Origin: Podarcis bocagei
Lineage: Eukaryota
Strand: one strand, 5' to 3'
Assembly: GCA_964188305.1 (NCBI GenBank)
Contig: OZ076886.1
DNA: 64,000 bases
Below, piece by piece: positions 1 through 12,200 of this stretch. A model generated the notes under the pieces. It was not told where the DNA came from. It was given only the letters and a program-made list of their open reading frames with translations, and searched no databases. The position numbers and the translations under genes are program-made. Numbering within the stretch: the first letter of the stretch is position 1; every line of letters starts with the position of its first letter.

Positions 1-387
1 GACTCACCTCCCTGTTTTGCCTGAAGGCGAAAACTCCTCCTGCGAGTACTCAGGTCTCTCCTTCTCTCAGACCTTAGTCTCTGCAGCTCAGGAGATGTTG
101 GTGGGTTACTAGACCCAGGGGCCGCCTCAGCCTCCCCTGACCAAACCAATAGTGGAGCAGCTGTAAGTGATGGCTCAGCTGAAGGCAACGAGGTAATCCC
201 CGCATCTGGAGCCAGGGAAGGCTCAGCCCCCTGACTCGGCTCTGTTTGTTGCAGGGGAACCTGTGCAGACTGGGACTCTTCAGGATCAGGCCCCAGACTT
301 GGTTTAGATAATGCCTGAGGCAAAGGATCCGGTGCAGACTGAGTCTCCTCTGGTTCCGAGCCCGAGCCCGAGTCCCAGGCCATCACA
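1..387 (-). mobile_element. LTR-like element (TG terminus at 387), truncated by window edge, containing an open frame
   Basis: Minus strand begins TGTGATGGCC...; stop-free frame 383->1; lies in an ACSF2 intron; other end and TSD outside window. Confidence 0.55.
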
Positions 388-588
388 GGCTAAATACTTA
401 AGGCTGAATGTGAGACAAATGCCATGTGGCTCCAGCGCCATTTAGGGAAATGAGTTCGCTTGTGGGTTTCCCACAGGAACCTGGTTGGCCACTGAACTAG
501 ATGGGTTGTTGGCCTGACCCAGCAGGGTCAAGAACCCCAGTAAGTTGGGTGGGCCCCATGATCAACTTTCCCCTTCTCTTTCACTCAG

Positions 589-699
589 GTAGTTGGCGTG
601 AAAGACGAGCGAATGGGAGAGGAGATCTGCGCCAGCATCAGAGTGAAAGCTGGAGAAGAGTGCACAGTAGAAGAAGTCAAGGCATTTTGCAAAGGGAAG
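589..699 (+). CDS. ACSF2: ACSF2 antepenultimate coding exon
   Basis: tcactcag|GTA...AAG|gtagga; [14 protein letters not shown]...FCKGK. Confidence 0.95.
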
Positions 700-2413
700 G
701 TAGGAGCTTCGAGATGGGTGGCTGTGTCCTGCTTTTTCCCACCCAATAAAAAGAAAGAGCAAGCTCTCCAGTGGTGAGGTTCTGTCAAGGGCTGCTTCCA
801 GATGGGTGGTTCCTAGCTCAGCCCAATCATTGCTCTTCCGTTGTAAGCTATACGCGGAATTGCAATCGATGTCCCACACTATCAGGAGGATTGTGCTTTT
901 CGAGGTGTGCATTCCACTATGTTCTGTATACATCCATGGGGGCATGGCACAGCTGCTGTGGGTAGGGCCATTTGAACCTCAGCACACGTCCACTATAAGT
1001 GGTGCTAAAAGCATCTACAGTCGTACCTTGGTTCTCGAATGTTTTGACTCCTGAACGATTGAAACCCAGAAGCGACTGTTCTGGTTTTCAAACATTCTTT
1101 TGGAAGCTGAACGTCTGACGGAGCTTCTGCGGCTTCTGATTGGCTGCAGGAGCTTCCTGCAGCCAATCAGAAGCCACGCTTTGGTTTTTGAATGCTTTGG
1201 AACGACTGTACGCTTGTCCCATTTGGGCTGCTCTTCTGTTCTTCTGAAAAAGACAACTGGGCTTTCTATAGTCTGAGGAAAGACGGAAGGGCTGTATGAT
1301 AGGATGACAGCCTCAGGTGGATGCCTCATAAAAAGTGACTGAATAAGCATGGCAGTTCCACACTAAATGCCTAGTGTGAAAGCTCCCGCTGTCTTAATAT
1401 CAGTTGGGGATATGGCTTTAGATAAAATGCAGTTTTATATTCCATGTTGGAGAGGCACTTGCTCTGAGTCCTGCTCAAGCAGGGAACAGCAAGCCCGCTG
1501 TATAAAGATTGAGTCAGTCCACAGCCATTGGCTTTTCTTTTGCAGATCGCTCACTTCAAGATCCCTCGGTACATAGTGTTTGTGAAGGATTTCCCGCTCA
1601 CCGTCTCGGGCAAAGTGAGTGACAGTCCAAAGGCTTTTGCTTGCTTAGCCCCAATAGGTTGCATGGTGCTTTGCGGAGTGCAGGAAGATCCCTGCCTCGA
1701 GGAACCTGCAAACTAAACCAGTCACAGTGGAATCACAGGGGAGGGGAAGAGGACATAGTGTAAACAGGGAAGGAGTGTGTGCTGTTGCTTGAGTTACATG
1801 GGCTTGGGCCTAGTTACAGACTACTGGGTATGGAACTAGTAGATGGGTGGGCCACAAGTGGGTTTTGAAGAGGAATTTGAAGACGTAGGAGTGGTGGCAT
1901 CTAGGAGGCAGTGACTAGCATATGAAGGGCAGCAGGTAATAGAAGGTGGGATTTTTTGAGGGAGGTTGAGACTTTTAGGTGATGGAGAATGGTGGAGTCC
2001 AGGGAGTGAAGATCATAAGGGGAGACATGTCAGGATGATAAGATAAAGGGGGAAAGGACTTGGAGAGATTTGAAGGAAAGGACAAGAATGAATCCAGGAG
2101 AAGATGGGGAGTCAGGGTAGGGTTTTAAGGAGAGGCATCGCATCATCAGAGCAAGGAGAGACAAGTGAATGACTTTGGCAGCAGAGTTCTGGGTCGAGGT
2201 GAGGGGCCCAAAGTGAGGCAACATAGAGAGAGAGAGCACTTTATGGTAGCCTAAATGAGAGATGGCCATAGGCATGGACCAAAATATTTGCAGAGGGACA
2301 ACCAGTATGTTTGCAATGCTGTAACCAATCCCTTTCTTATTTCCTTCCTGTTCCAATCTTAGATTCAGAAATACAAACTGAGGGAGCGAATGGAGAAGCA
2401 TCTTCAGCTTTGA
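589..2413 (+). CDS. ACSF2: Acyl-CoA synthetase family member 2, last three coding exons (gene starts upstream of window)
   Basis: Exons 589-699, 1546-1614, 2363-2413 (GT-AG, phase 0) give [76 protein letters not shown], the AMP-binding C-terminal domain of ACSF2; AATAAA at 2580-2589. Confidence 0.96.
1018..1208. mobile_element. Tc1/mariner-type MITE
   Basis: TA|CAGTCGT...ACGACTG|TA; related truncated copy at ~53674-53812. Confidence 0.7.
1546..1614 (+). CDS. ACSF2: ACSF2 penultimate exon
   Basis: ttttgcag|ATC...AAA|gtgagt; [23 protein letters not shown]. Confidence 0.95.
2363..2413 (+). CDS. ACSF2: ACSF2 last coding exon
   Basis: aatcttag|ATT...TGA; [16 protein letters not shown]. Confidence 0.95.
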   Translation: MQKYKLRERMEKHLQL

Positions 2414-2579
2414 ACCCAACAACCCAACGCAACCCAAAATTAACATTTCTTCTGCCAACTTTTATACTTCAGCTTTCTAAGCCGTTAAGAGAGCTGGCAA
2501 CCTGCCTTAACATAGCAATCACCAGCCTGCCTTAAGATGCTTTAGTCAGGCCTACTTAAAATAACGTGGGGTTTTTTCT

Positions 2580-2589
2580 AATAAATAAA
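2580..2589 (+). terminator. Probable ACSF2 polyadenylation signal (overlapping AATAAA)
   Basis: AATAAATAAA ~170 nt after the stop, followed by a T/GT-rich tract. Confidence 0.65.
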
Positions 2590-4854
2590 AAATCTGTTTC
2601 TTTAGCAGAGATTACTTCTTTGTGTTAAGAAATTCCACCTCACTTTGTTAAAAATACAAAACTTGTTTGTATGTCTGGGAATGGTATCCAGAAATATGAT
2701 TTCCTCCCAGTAAGGAGGACCGTAAGGGAATTCCCATTGCTCCTTGTGATCAGAGCACATCATGGAAGAGACATAGTCCTACCTTTCCCTCTACTGCATC
2801 CTGTGCAGTTCTTTTATTAGAAATTGTAGTTTTGGAGGAATAGTGGTGAATGCAAAGGGATAGAAAAGAACGCCAGGGTGCTGAAAATTAAGTCCCATGT
2901 AGGAACATTAAGAGCTATCGTGTTGCAAATTACAAGCCAAAAGAAGGGGAAAGTACTTTCTAGCAGTCGGAAAGGCTACATGGGAAGAAGAGCATAGTCA
3001 CCTGAAATATGCTCATATTGGATTTGTAGGAGCAAATCTGTTAATTTTGGCACTTTTGCATTGTGATTCTCTTTTGGACGCCCTGTTGTTTCATTTTCTG
3101 CAGAACACTAATAGGCTACGGTGATTGAACCTCTCATCTTCTCATTAGTCAGGTCATCCACACACACCAAAAGTGTCTGGAGCAACTTGCCTGAGAAAGG
3201 TGGTGAACCTGATGTAGCAAGGAGCAGGGGGTGAGATTTGCTTGATCACTTGCCTACCTTTTGGTAACTGAAATGGAGCACCATTTATTGGACTCCCAGG
3301 GATTAGCCAGATGTGACGCAGTGGATCCATGATCAGGCTCTCTCAGGTTTGTGTTTGTGTTTTCATTTTAGAGTAGATAACAGTGAGGCATCTTTATTGA
3401 GAGCTAGATTGGGACTGTAGTTCTGGGAGAGGACCATTCTGTGCCTCCCCCCCCCCCCAATTTAAATTGCTCCTCCCTCACTGTGGTACCTGTATGTTTT
3501 CCCCTATAGGGAAATTAGCAGCTAACACCCCCCCTATGATTGCAATTACGTTTTTCTTTTTTAAATGTAAGTGCTCCTGATTTGCCATGTCACATCTTAC
3601 ACAGGTACTATTTGTTTATTGCTGTAAGCTGCTGTGAGCTGCATTTTGTTAAAAAGGCAACTGATAAGTTTAATTCATAGTAATCTTCAGTGCTTTTTTT
3701 AAAAAGAAAAATACGTCCAGTACTCATCATGATGTTGTTACATTAAGTGCCACACTTTCTAACAAAAAGGTGCCAGTACTGCGTACTCTTGAGTATCCCC
3801 TGGGAAAAAAGGCATTGCTAATAATAATAATGGCCACATATTTAATTCAAGACAACACCCTTGTGACCAAAAGGGAAGGAAAGAGCAGATTTCTGTGGCT
3901 TTAGAGGTATGAATCAACCCAGAGCCTTCTGCCCATGGAGGAAATACCTGGATCAGGAGGCGTGAGAGCATTAGAAAAGGACTTGGGAGCTGAGCTCTTT
4001 CATCACTTCCACAGCAACCAACTCCCTGCTATGGACTGGAGGAGGTAGTTCCTCTTTCCAGTTCTTTTGAGTGCAAGCCATGAAGTTGAATCTTCCCACA
4101 CATTAGATTTCTCATCTGCTTTATTTCCGATTCAAAACAGGTATTGATGCCATAGAAATTCAAAACTTCAAATCCCACAAGTTGGAATGCATCTAGGATG
4201 TGTTTGCTTTTACGGGAGCGTTATTAGGGCACCTCCCAACCATGATACTGAACCGCAGAAGTTGGTGCGTAACACTTTTCTTTTCTGACTGCAGCTCCCC
4301 ACGCCAGCAGAATTTGATCTTGGTTCTGTTTTGTTATAAAGCTACTACTCTTCCTCCTCGCCTTCGATGACCTACCCTGAGCTTTTCCTTCTTTTACTCT
4401 GTGGCTGCACGTAACACCGTGATTTCGCTATGCTTTCTGAATGGTCTTACGAACTGCATTATAGCACTGGTGGGTATTGCAGTATGCAGCTGGTTTCCAA
4501 ACAAATTAAGCGAAGTATGCAGTGAATTCCCTCTCTCCCTTTATCTAGTATAACAAGACCCCTGGGGGAAGTTCGAGATCAGTCATTAGCAATGAAGATG
4601 TGACTCCTTGTCACAGAGCGATTTCAGAAGCAAAATGAAACATGGAAGTTGTTCTTCATCTCTTAAAGAAACAGCCAGGGTTTTCTCAGGAAAAAAGGAA
4701 GGTGGTCAGGGAGTGTCTCCTCCATAACTTTTCTGGCTCTCCCAGCTGAAGCGTGGTTTCTGCCCATGGAAGCAGAACACAAGGGGCCTCCATATGTTGC
4801 TTTGTTGCTGGAAGAAAACAGAATCCAGGTCAGGTCAAGAAAGAGTTTCATTAT

Positions 4855-5106
4855 GAGAGCCAGTGTGGTGTAGTGGTTAAGAGCGGTAGATTCGTAATCT
4901 GGTGAACCAGGTTCGCTTCCCCGCTCCTCCACATGCAGCTGCTGGGTGACCTTGGGCTAGTCACCCGTCTTTGAAGTCTCTCAGCCCCACTCACCTCACA
5001 GAGTGTTTGTTGTGGGGGAAGAAGGGAAAGGAGAATGTTAGCTGCTTTGAGACTCCTTCGGGTAGTGATAAAGCGGGATATCAAATCCAAACTCTTCTCT
5101 TCTTCT
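4855..5106 (+). mobile_element. tRNA-derived SINE, Squam3-like
   Basis: A box TGGTGTAGTGG, B-box-like GGTTCGCTTCC, CORE-like GGGTGACCTTGGGCTAGTCAC, (TCT)n tail. Confidence 0.75.
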
Positions 5107-5321
5107 ATGTGAATGTTTGATGTCATAATTAGTTTGAGACTAGGGGATGAGAAGGGAAATAAGATCCCTCCCACAGATGTCAAATGGATGGGCCTTTTGC
5201 CTCTTGACAACAACTATCACCTTTAGCACACAAAGGGTGCTACTACACTTTCCAGTGGCACTCACTGGACCTCAACATTGCCAGCTGTTTCTTTTCTGTT
5301 ATGTCTCCACTATAGATAAAA

Positions 5322-5996
5322 TGTAAAGGGAAGGTAAAGGACCCCTGGACAGTTAAGTCCAGTCAAAGGCGACTATAGGGTTGCAGCGCTCATCTCGCTT
5401 CCAGGCCAAGGGAACCAACATTTGTCCACAGACAGCTTTCCGGGTGTCAGGGAACTGACATCAGAGCGAAAGGCGAAGGAGAGGCTCCCCGATTCTGCAG
5501 GAGAAGCTACCAGCACCAGGGGGAGACGCAGCTTGGTAGAGGAGGAAGGAAATCGGCGTAACACCAGGGACCAAGGAGGGCAAATGGGGGAAGCGGAGGG
5601 AGAGCTCCAGGATTCTTCCCTGGACATCAGTGAGGAGAGCACTGGTCCTCCACTACCCACGCCCTCCCTGCGCAGAAGACTCCCGTGCAGTGAGAGGCGG
5701 AGACGACTGGGAGTCAAACAGCTTTTATGCTGGAAAAGGTTTAAGAAACGCCCACAGACAGATTCTGCTAGCGACTGAGGCAGCCACGCTGAGATGGGCT
5801 GTGCAGTCAGGACGGGTTAACCAAGGCAATTAAGCCCCCTAACGGGGACAATTTACGCACGAGTAACTCAAACCCATTACACCAGGTCATGTGGCCAGCA
5901 TGACTATACCGCTTCTGGCGCAACAGGACACCGTGACAGAAACCAGAGCGCATGGAAATGCCTTTTACCTTCCTGTCGCAGCAGTACCTATTTACC
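5322..5996 (-). mobile_element. Sauria SINE (5'-truncated) interrupted by a solo LTR
   Basis: Reverse-complement tail GTAAAGGGACCCC; body ...ACAGCTTTCCGGG|TCATGTGGCCAGCATGA split at 5444/5882. Confidence 0.85.
5445..5881 (+). mobile_element. Solo LTR (Gypsy-like), 437 bp
   Basis: TG...CA termini; 5-bp TSD CCGGG/CCAGG; precisely splits a SINE. Confidence 0.8.
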
Positions 5997-8900
5997 TGGA
6001 GTGATTAAGAGCCCTGTTACGGCCCATCAAATGCGCAAGAAACATGTGCTAACTACGGTATTTAAAAATTAAAAATACACCATAGATTTTCCCAGCCCAC
6101 ATATGAAATATGCACACGTTTCATTGTCCTTTAAATGCAATATGAAATTATCTCACAAGAAGACTTTAGTTGCCATTTTAAGCTTAACAGCCGTGTGCCA
6201 CAGGTGCACAAAATATACTTACATGGTGATAGGCCCCACTACTGGATTCCGCAACACAGGACAATGCCCAGCTTCTTTGATGGGAAAGGAAGTTAGGAGT
6301 TGGGGTGAAACCCTGGAAGAAATCCCAAAAAAACTCGAATGAGGGTCTGCTGCTTCTCTAGTCTTAATCAGTTTGGGAGGAATTTGGCAATGGGAACAGC
6401 TGGAGATGCTGGAGATGCTGTGAGATAATTATGTCAGGCCTCACATTATTAACTCTTTAATAACACTGCTTTTTTAAAAAAGTAGAGGTGGGAAAAGGAT
6501 GCAGAAAAGTACAACCAAAATTATTAATTAATGTTGGTGGATGGAGCAACTTACCTTTGAGGAAAGGTTGCAATGTTTGAGGTGTTTTTAGTTTAGATAA
6601 AAGGCAAGGAAGAGCCTCTCAAAAGCATGGTTACGTCACACTTTGCCTGCAGAACGGGCAGCCCCTCACCCCTTTTCAACCACCCTCCCTTGTGGGGTGT
6701 TCCTTCAGCCTCTTCTCCCCTCTCCTTGGGAGTCCTCCAGGCAGCTGGTCTCTGAGCTGCCCCCCACCCCACCCCAAAGAGAGGTGCCTCCCAGAGACAC
6801 CATTCACCTAGGGAGCTTGTAGCCAGGGCTGCTGCAACAAACAGCCGTGTACCTAAGTCTTTGGGAGGCAGAAGCACGAGAGGGCATCAGAGGGAGGGAA
6901 GGAAAGAGGGGCAGAGACCAGTGTTGCCTTGCAGCACCCCTGACCATCATTCAAGGCACCCCAGGGTGTCACAGCACACTGGTTGAAAACCACTGCAGTA
7001 GACCTTGTCTTGCACACTTACCTTGCCAAGTAAAAAGTTACTATACGAGACATGTTTTGACCCTGTTATCGGGCCACATTGCCAGAGTGAAACTCTCCTA
7101 TGATTTCTCAATAATCCCCTTTCCCTCCAATTAGCTCTTTCTTTGTACAGCTTTCCCACTTGCCCATACCAGGGTGTTTGTAAAGAACAAAAATTGCATG
7201 CATCAGATTGCAACCAGTGAAGTTCCTTTGAGAGTAGACCCAATGAAACAAATAAACCTATGCTGGTCATGTACAGTATATTAATAGGCTTCAATGGATC
7301 TACTTTGAGTAGTTCTAGCATTAACTACCATCCGCACAGCCTTAATCCCCTGTTGTCGCGATGACCTCTACCCCCTCAGCAAATGCAAAGATACAAACCT
7401 CCCACAGCCTCACGGACAGCACGTTCAGTATCAGGACAGACATCATGAAAAATAGCATGAAGCACAAGGACTCCACAAGGTTTCCCTTCATCTTGGTTTG
7501 CCTGTGTTTCTCTCTTCCTCCCTCCCTCTCTTTATAAAGGTTGCCAGAGAAGGGGGAAATCCTCATTGCCAGCCCACAGTGATTTCAATGCGTGTCATCA
7601 CTCTGTGTTTCGGGAACCCCCTGGGTCCTGTCACCTAAGAACTTCCTTTTTATTTCTGCAGCAGAAGCACTTTCTTTTTGATGTGTCTTTTGAATCGGGT
7701 GACATTGAGACCACATCCTGAAGAAACGGAAAATTCTCATATAAGGGAACCGGTTTCCTTTCCATTAACTGTGCTAGTGTGACACACACACACACACGCC
7801 CCCAGATGTGGTAGGAAGGTAGCAGGCCTGTCAGAGTTTCTGGGATTCGCTGAACCCCTGCAGGCTCTGACGGATACAATAATTAGGAAATAAAACTTAT
7901 TAGCCATAAATCTCTTCCTCTTTTTAAAAAAATATTGCCTGCAAAATGCCTCCACGCCACACATGCAAACACAGCTGCTCCCCCCAAAACAAGCTAGGCT
8001 TCTTGGAAGTGTATTGACCATTGCATTATGTATAGACATTTACACAAGCTTAGAGAGCAAGATGGATGGTTAACCCTGAGAGTAGCGGAATAGTGTTTCA
8101 ATGGAGATCCCCCAATGCTCTAACAGCAGCACTAACATCTAGTTTCAGTTCCATAGAAACTGTTGCCTGCATGGATGCCACGTTTGTGTGATTTCCCAGC
8201 AGAGATGAGTGCAGGGCAAGGAGCTACTGGTGGTCGTCATGGGCTTTCCCTCTTTTATGGTGCTGAATGTTCCTTCAGGCTTCCTTCGCTTATTAACCCT
8301 GGTTTCCCCTGAAGTCTCATACACATGCACAACTCTGCCTAACCTGTCCAAACATTCTCTTCTAGTCATGGCCTTCTCCTGTCCTTTTCTCCCATCCAGT
8401 GAGAGAGGAAAGGGATGCGGGGGGGGTGCGTGTCATCACTGAGGGGGGTGACAAAATGACAAAAAGATGAGTTTTTAAAAATGATTTTTACAAATTGGGC
8501 TCACGAAACATTTTAGTTCAGTCAACAAATGTAACAAAATGCGGCTAGCACTAGGCACCACACTGCGGGGCCCGGCACTTACCACGGGGCCTGCAGTGTG
8601 CCCAAGCCACGTGTCTCTCTTGGGAGTGACATGGTGGCTTAGAGGCCTACAGTCTCCGCGCTGCCTGAAACAGCAGCGTGGGACTTGCGTCTGCCCACCA
8701 CCTCTCCCTCAACCACCCTACAGCTGAGGGGGAGGCAGCGGAGAGGCTCCATGCAGCACGCCCCACCCCCCCCAGTTGCAGGATGCACCCGCCGCACCCA
8801 GCACCCAAGCGGCTAGCTATGCCGCTGCACCCATCTCAAATTATCCAACCTCACTTGTCCTTTCCCTCTTCTGCTCTGTTTCCTTTTTACCTTGGATCAG

Positions 8901-9384
8901 GTGCCACAGCCCCCACTCCACCTTTCTCCTAGGAACAGCATGATGCCTTCAGCACCCAAAGTGAAACAAAGGAATTAGAGACAACATGCACATCTCTGTC
9001 TCTCTCTGTAAGGTACACAAACCTGAATGCTCTTCCTCAATTAAAATGGGATGCCGATTGTGGTTCCCGAGTGGTGGGAGAAATTCCAGACAGGCCCCTG
9101 CCCCTGTCTGACTGATACACAGGGCTGACCACTGTGGTGTATGAGGCAGTCATTTAGCAGGCAGGCAGTGGTGCTGCAGGGTGGGGGAGATGGACAATGC
9201 GCAGCATCTCCAGCTGTAATCCTAAAGCATGAAATAGAGATGCCAGTCCCATGTGTGTATACTCAATGCAATCCCATGTGTCCAATCCATTGAGTTCAAT
9301 GGGAGTTGCTCCCAGATTCGATTCTTGGTTATAGCTGTCACTTGAGAACAAAGCAATGTGAGAATCTATTCCAGCTTTGATCTC

Positions 9385-9695
9385 CAAAATGTAGTATAAA
9401 CACCGACAACTGAGAAACACCAGCCTGTGAGCGCTCCAATTGGAGAACAGCCTTTACCAAAGGTGTCATGGACTTTCAAGACGCTCGAACTCAGGACGAA
9501 AGGGAGAAAAGTGCTAAGAGGAAGGCATGCTTGGCAAACCCTCACCATGATCAACTCACATCTGGAAGCCTATGTCCCCACTGTGGAAGGATGTGTGGAT
9601 CCAGAATTGGCTTCCACAGTCACTTATAGACTTACTGTTAAGACAGTGTTCATGGAAGACAATCTTACTAGGCTATGAGTGATCAGCAAAGAAGG
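9385..9695 (+). mobile_element. RTE-clade LINE 3' fragment (degenerate)
   Basis: Translates ...CERSNWRTAFTKGVMDF...LCPHCGRMCGSRIGFHSHL (C-terminal C2H2-type motif) with stops. Confidence 0.75.
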
Positions 9696-10374
9696 AAGAT
9701 TTTATAAGAATTCGTAACAATTAAGAATCAACAAATTCCCTTAACGAGAAAAAACTTGTTAACACTTATTGTCGACAATAAAGAGGTTCAGATTTCAGGC
9801 AATTATAGGAGAGTCAGGGATATCAGATAAAAGACAATGGTAGTAACAATCAGCAAAAGACTAACATAGCTACTGCTCTGGATTTTATTTCATTGTATAC
9901 ACTCTTCTACAAATCCAGATACTTCCACATTTTTACATGGATGAATCGTCCCTCAAATGACAACTTTCTATTTGCAGGATGGAATTCATGGGAGAATATA
10001 AATGCATCCTTCCAGCTGTAGCATAACGTTCTCCCCTAAGGGGTGGATAATTGGGACTTTAAAGTACAGTATTAAAAGATTTGAATAAGACCAGAAGCCA
10101 GGCAGTTTGTGTATTTGTGTGACGCTAACTAGCCTCTCATTTGCTCGACCTTTTGTTGCCATGGTTGGGAGTCTTCTGAAATACTAAGAGGCATCTGATA
10201 TTTTTGGGTTGTACTCTTAATAGCTACCAAGTGACCGCACTACCTCCAGAAAGCATAGGTGTGCCATCTGCTGTCTAGCTGCTGGAACTGTAGTCATTTC
10301 AATGGCTTGCACATGATACCACAGATGTTGACCCACCAATTCAAGGTACCGTACTTCATGTGCTTTATATAACA

Positions 10375-10473
10375 CAGTGGTGTCCAAACTTTTTTCAAAG
10401 AGGGCCAGACTTGATGAAGAGAAGGGCCGTGGGGGCCAATCAAAGTTCCTGAAACGGACTTTGGACATGCCTG
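10375..10473. mobile_element. Short hAT-type MITE
   Basis: CAGTGGTGTCCAAA...TTTGGACATGCCTG; 8-bp TSD ATATAACA/ATATAGCA. Confidence 0.65.
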
Positions 10474-11157
10474 ATATAGCATAACCTACATATTGATTCA
10501 GCTAAAATAAAAAAGTGTCTGGAGTAAATAACTCCATGCCCTAGGGCTTTTCAAAGGTCGTTATTAGGTTTTTATTCTGTTTTTCCTAGGTGTGTCCTGT
10601 TTCACAGGTTAATGAGGGTAAATGGGGGGGGGGGTGAAGTGCCAAGGCAATGGAGAAGATTGTCCATGGCTGTGTATACAACATACATTGAAAGCACGTT
10701 GACATCCCCCAAAGAACCCTGGGGACTAGTTTGTTAAGGGTGCTGAACCTCTGTAAGGAGTACATTTCCTGGGATTCTTTAGGGAAAGCCACGTGCTTTG
10801 CTTGTTTCCATGATCCCCACTGCCTGTCACTACCAGACACTTCAGCAAACAGTTCTGGGGCTATTTCCAAAAAGCCAAACCAGAAGTTTCATAAATGAGT
10901 CCTACAAGCGCTGAGGGTCTATATTTGTACTGAAAACCCTGCTCTAGATTTATGTGAGATAACACACACACACCTGCCTATGAATCTATCTATAGAATTC
11001 CACTCATCTTCCAAGCAGAGTTTTGCGCAGTCCCTACCGCCCCCCACTTCCTCCTCCTCTCCTGCAAATTTATATTCTCCCAACCCCCCTTTGAGGCGGG
11101 TCAGGCGAAGAAATAATAACGGTTGTCCCCAGGTCTAGTGCTGACACGCCAACCAAC

Positions 11158-11309
11158 CATAGCTGTCAACCTTCCCTTTTTTCGCGGGAAATTCCCTTAT
11201 TCCGCTACTTCCCGCTGCTATCCCGGATTGTTAGATATCCCATAGACTGTCCCCGGGACAGGTGAGGATGCTGATCCCTTATTTTCAAATCTGAAAGTTG
11301 ACAGCTATG
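11158..11309. mobile_element. hAT-type MITE in RSAD1 upstream region
   Basis: Perfect 13-bp TIR CATAGCTGTCAAC; perfect 8-bp TSD CAACCAAC. Confidence 0.85.
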
Positions 11310-11319
11310 CAACCAACCC

Positions 11320-12200
11320 ATCCCAGGGTTACGTGCGCGCGCGCGAGATAACGCTCGATGAGTGCTGAAAACTATAAAGCGCACTCTGCACATGCTTAGC
11401 GAGCTGCACTTCCGTTAACCGCCATCCTGCGAGTTCTCATGCTAGATCCTTGCAGAGAAGGGGCCGGGTTTTTTTATTATAAAATACCGCATTATTTATT
11501 TATTTTTCACTGTGCAAAGCAACGAGGGCCAGAGAACCTCCAGCGGAACCCAGCCTCTCTCGCCCCCCGCCCTCCCCGTCGCTAGGGGCGGACTCCTCGT
11601 CGCCTCCGCCCGTCAGGTGGCGGAAGAGCAGCGCGGAGCGGCATGGGCGCCCTTGGCAAGCTCAGGGCGGCGCTCCCGGCTGGCCTAAGGGCAGTTCGGC
11701 CGCCGCCAGAGAGGCTCTTCGGAGGCGCCTCCGCCGCGCAGCTCCGCCCTCGGCCTCCTGCTCCGGAAGCGGCGGCGACCGCCGCGCTCTACGTCCACGT
11801 GAGTCCGGCGAGAAGCGGAACGCGATTCACCGCGCGCGAGGGAGGGGGAAAAACATTTTATGCGCTTGCGCACGCCGGCTTTCCCCGCGAGCGTTGTAAA
11901 ACGGACTTTTGCGCATGCGGACCGCGAAGTAAAGCTGCTCCTCCTTTTCCTGAGGCGCTGAGTACCTCCCGCCAAATCGACTGCCGGGGATACCTTCCAC
12001 ACACCCCTTTTAGTAAAGTGCGCATGCGCCGACCCTTAGGCGTTCTCTAAGTCCGGAAGGAGGGTTTGCCCTGTTTCCTTTGCAGGCCTCTTTCCCTCAC
12101 CTCCAGTGCGCTTGCGTGGGGTCTGAACTGGTGCAAGTACAGTGCGCTTCCTCGACGGATCGGTTCTCTGCGCATGTTCATGATGGTGATAATGTCTCTT
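11320..12200. promoter_or_regulatory. RSAD1 CpG-island promoter
   Basis: CpG-rich; NRF1-type TGCGCATGCG at 11910-11919 and 12019-12029, ETS-type CACTTCCG ~11407, GC box ~11585; fits a nuclear-encoded mitochondrial housekeeping gene. Confidence 0.75.
11643..11798 (+). CDS. RSAD1: RSAD1 exon 1
   Basis: ATG in CpG island; ...AALYVH|gtgagt. Confidence 0.9.

Noticed and set aside
1-2413. CHAD, nested in an ACSF2 intron in human
   Set aside because: No LRR-coding sequence here; it would lie upstream of the window
4294-4553. Exon-like hydrophobic stretch (FSFFYSVAARNTVISLCFLNGL...) between ACSF2 and RSAD1
   Set aside because: Stops in all frames after the candidate acceptor; no recognisable homology or exon chain
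7342-7717. Possible minus-strand exon (7635-7717) and hydrophobic ORF
   Set aside because: No consistent partner exons or recognisable product; a lncRNA cannot be excluded
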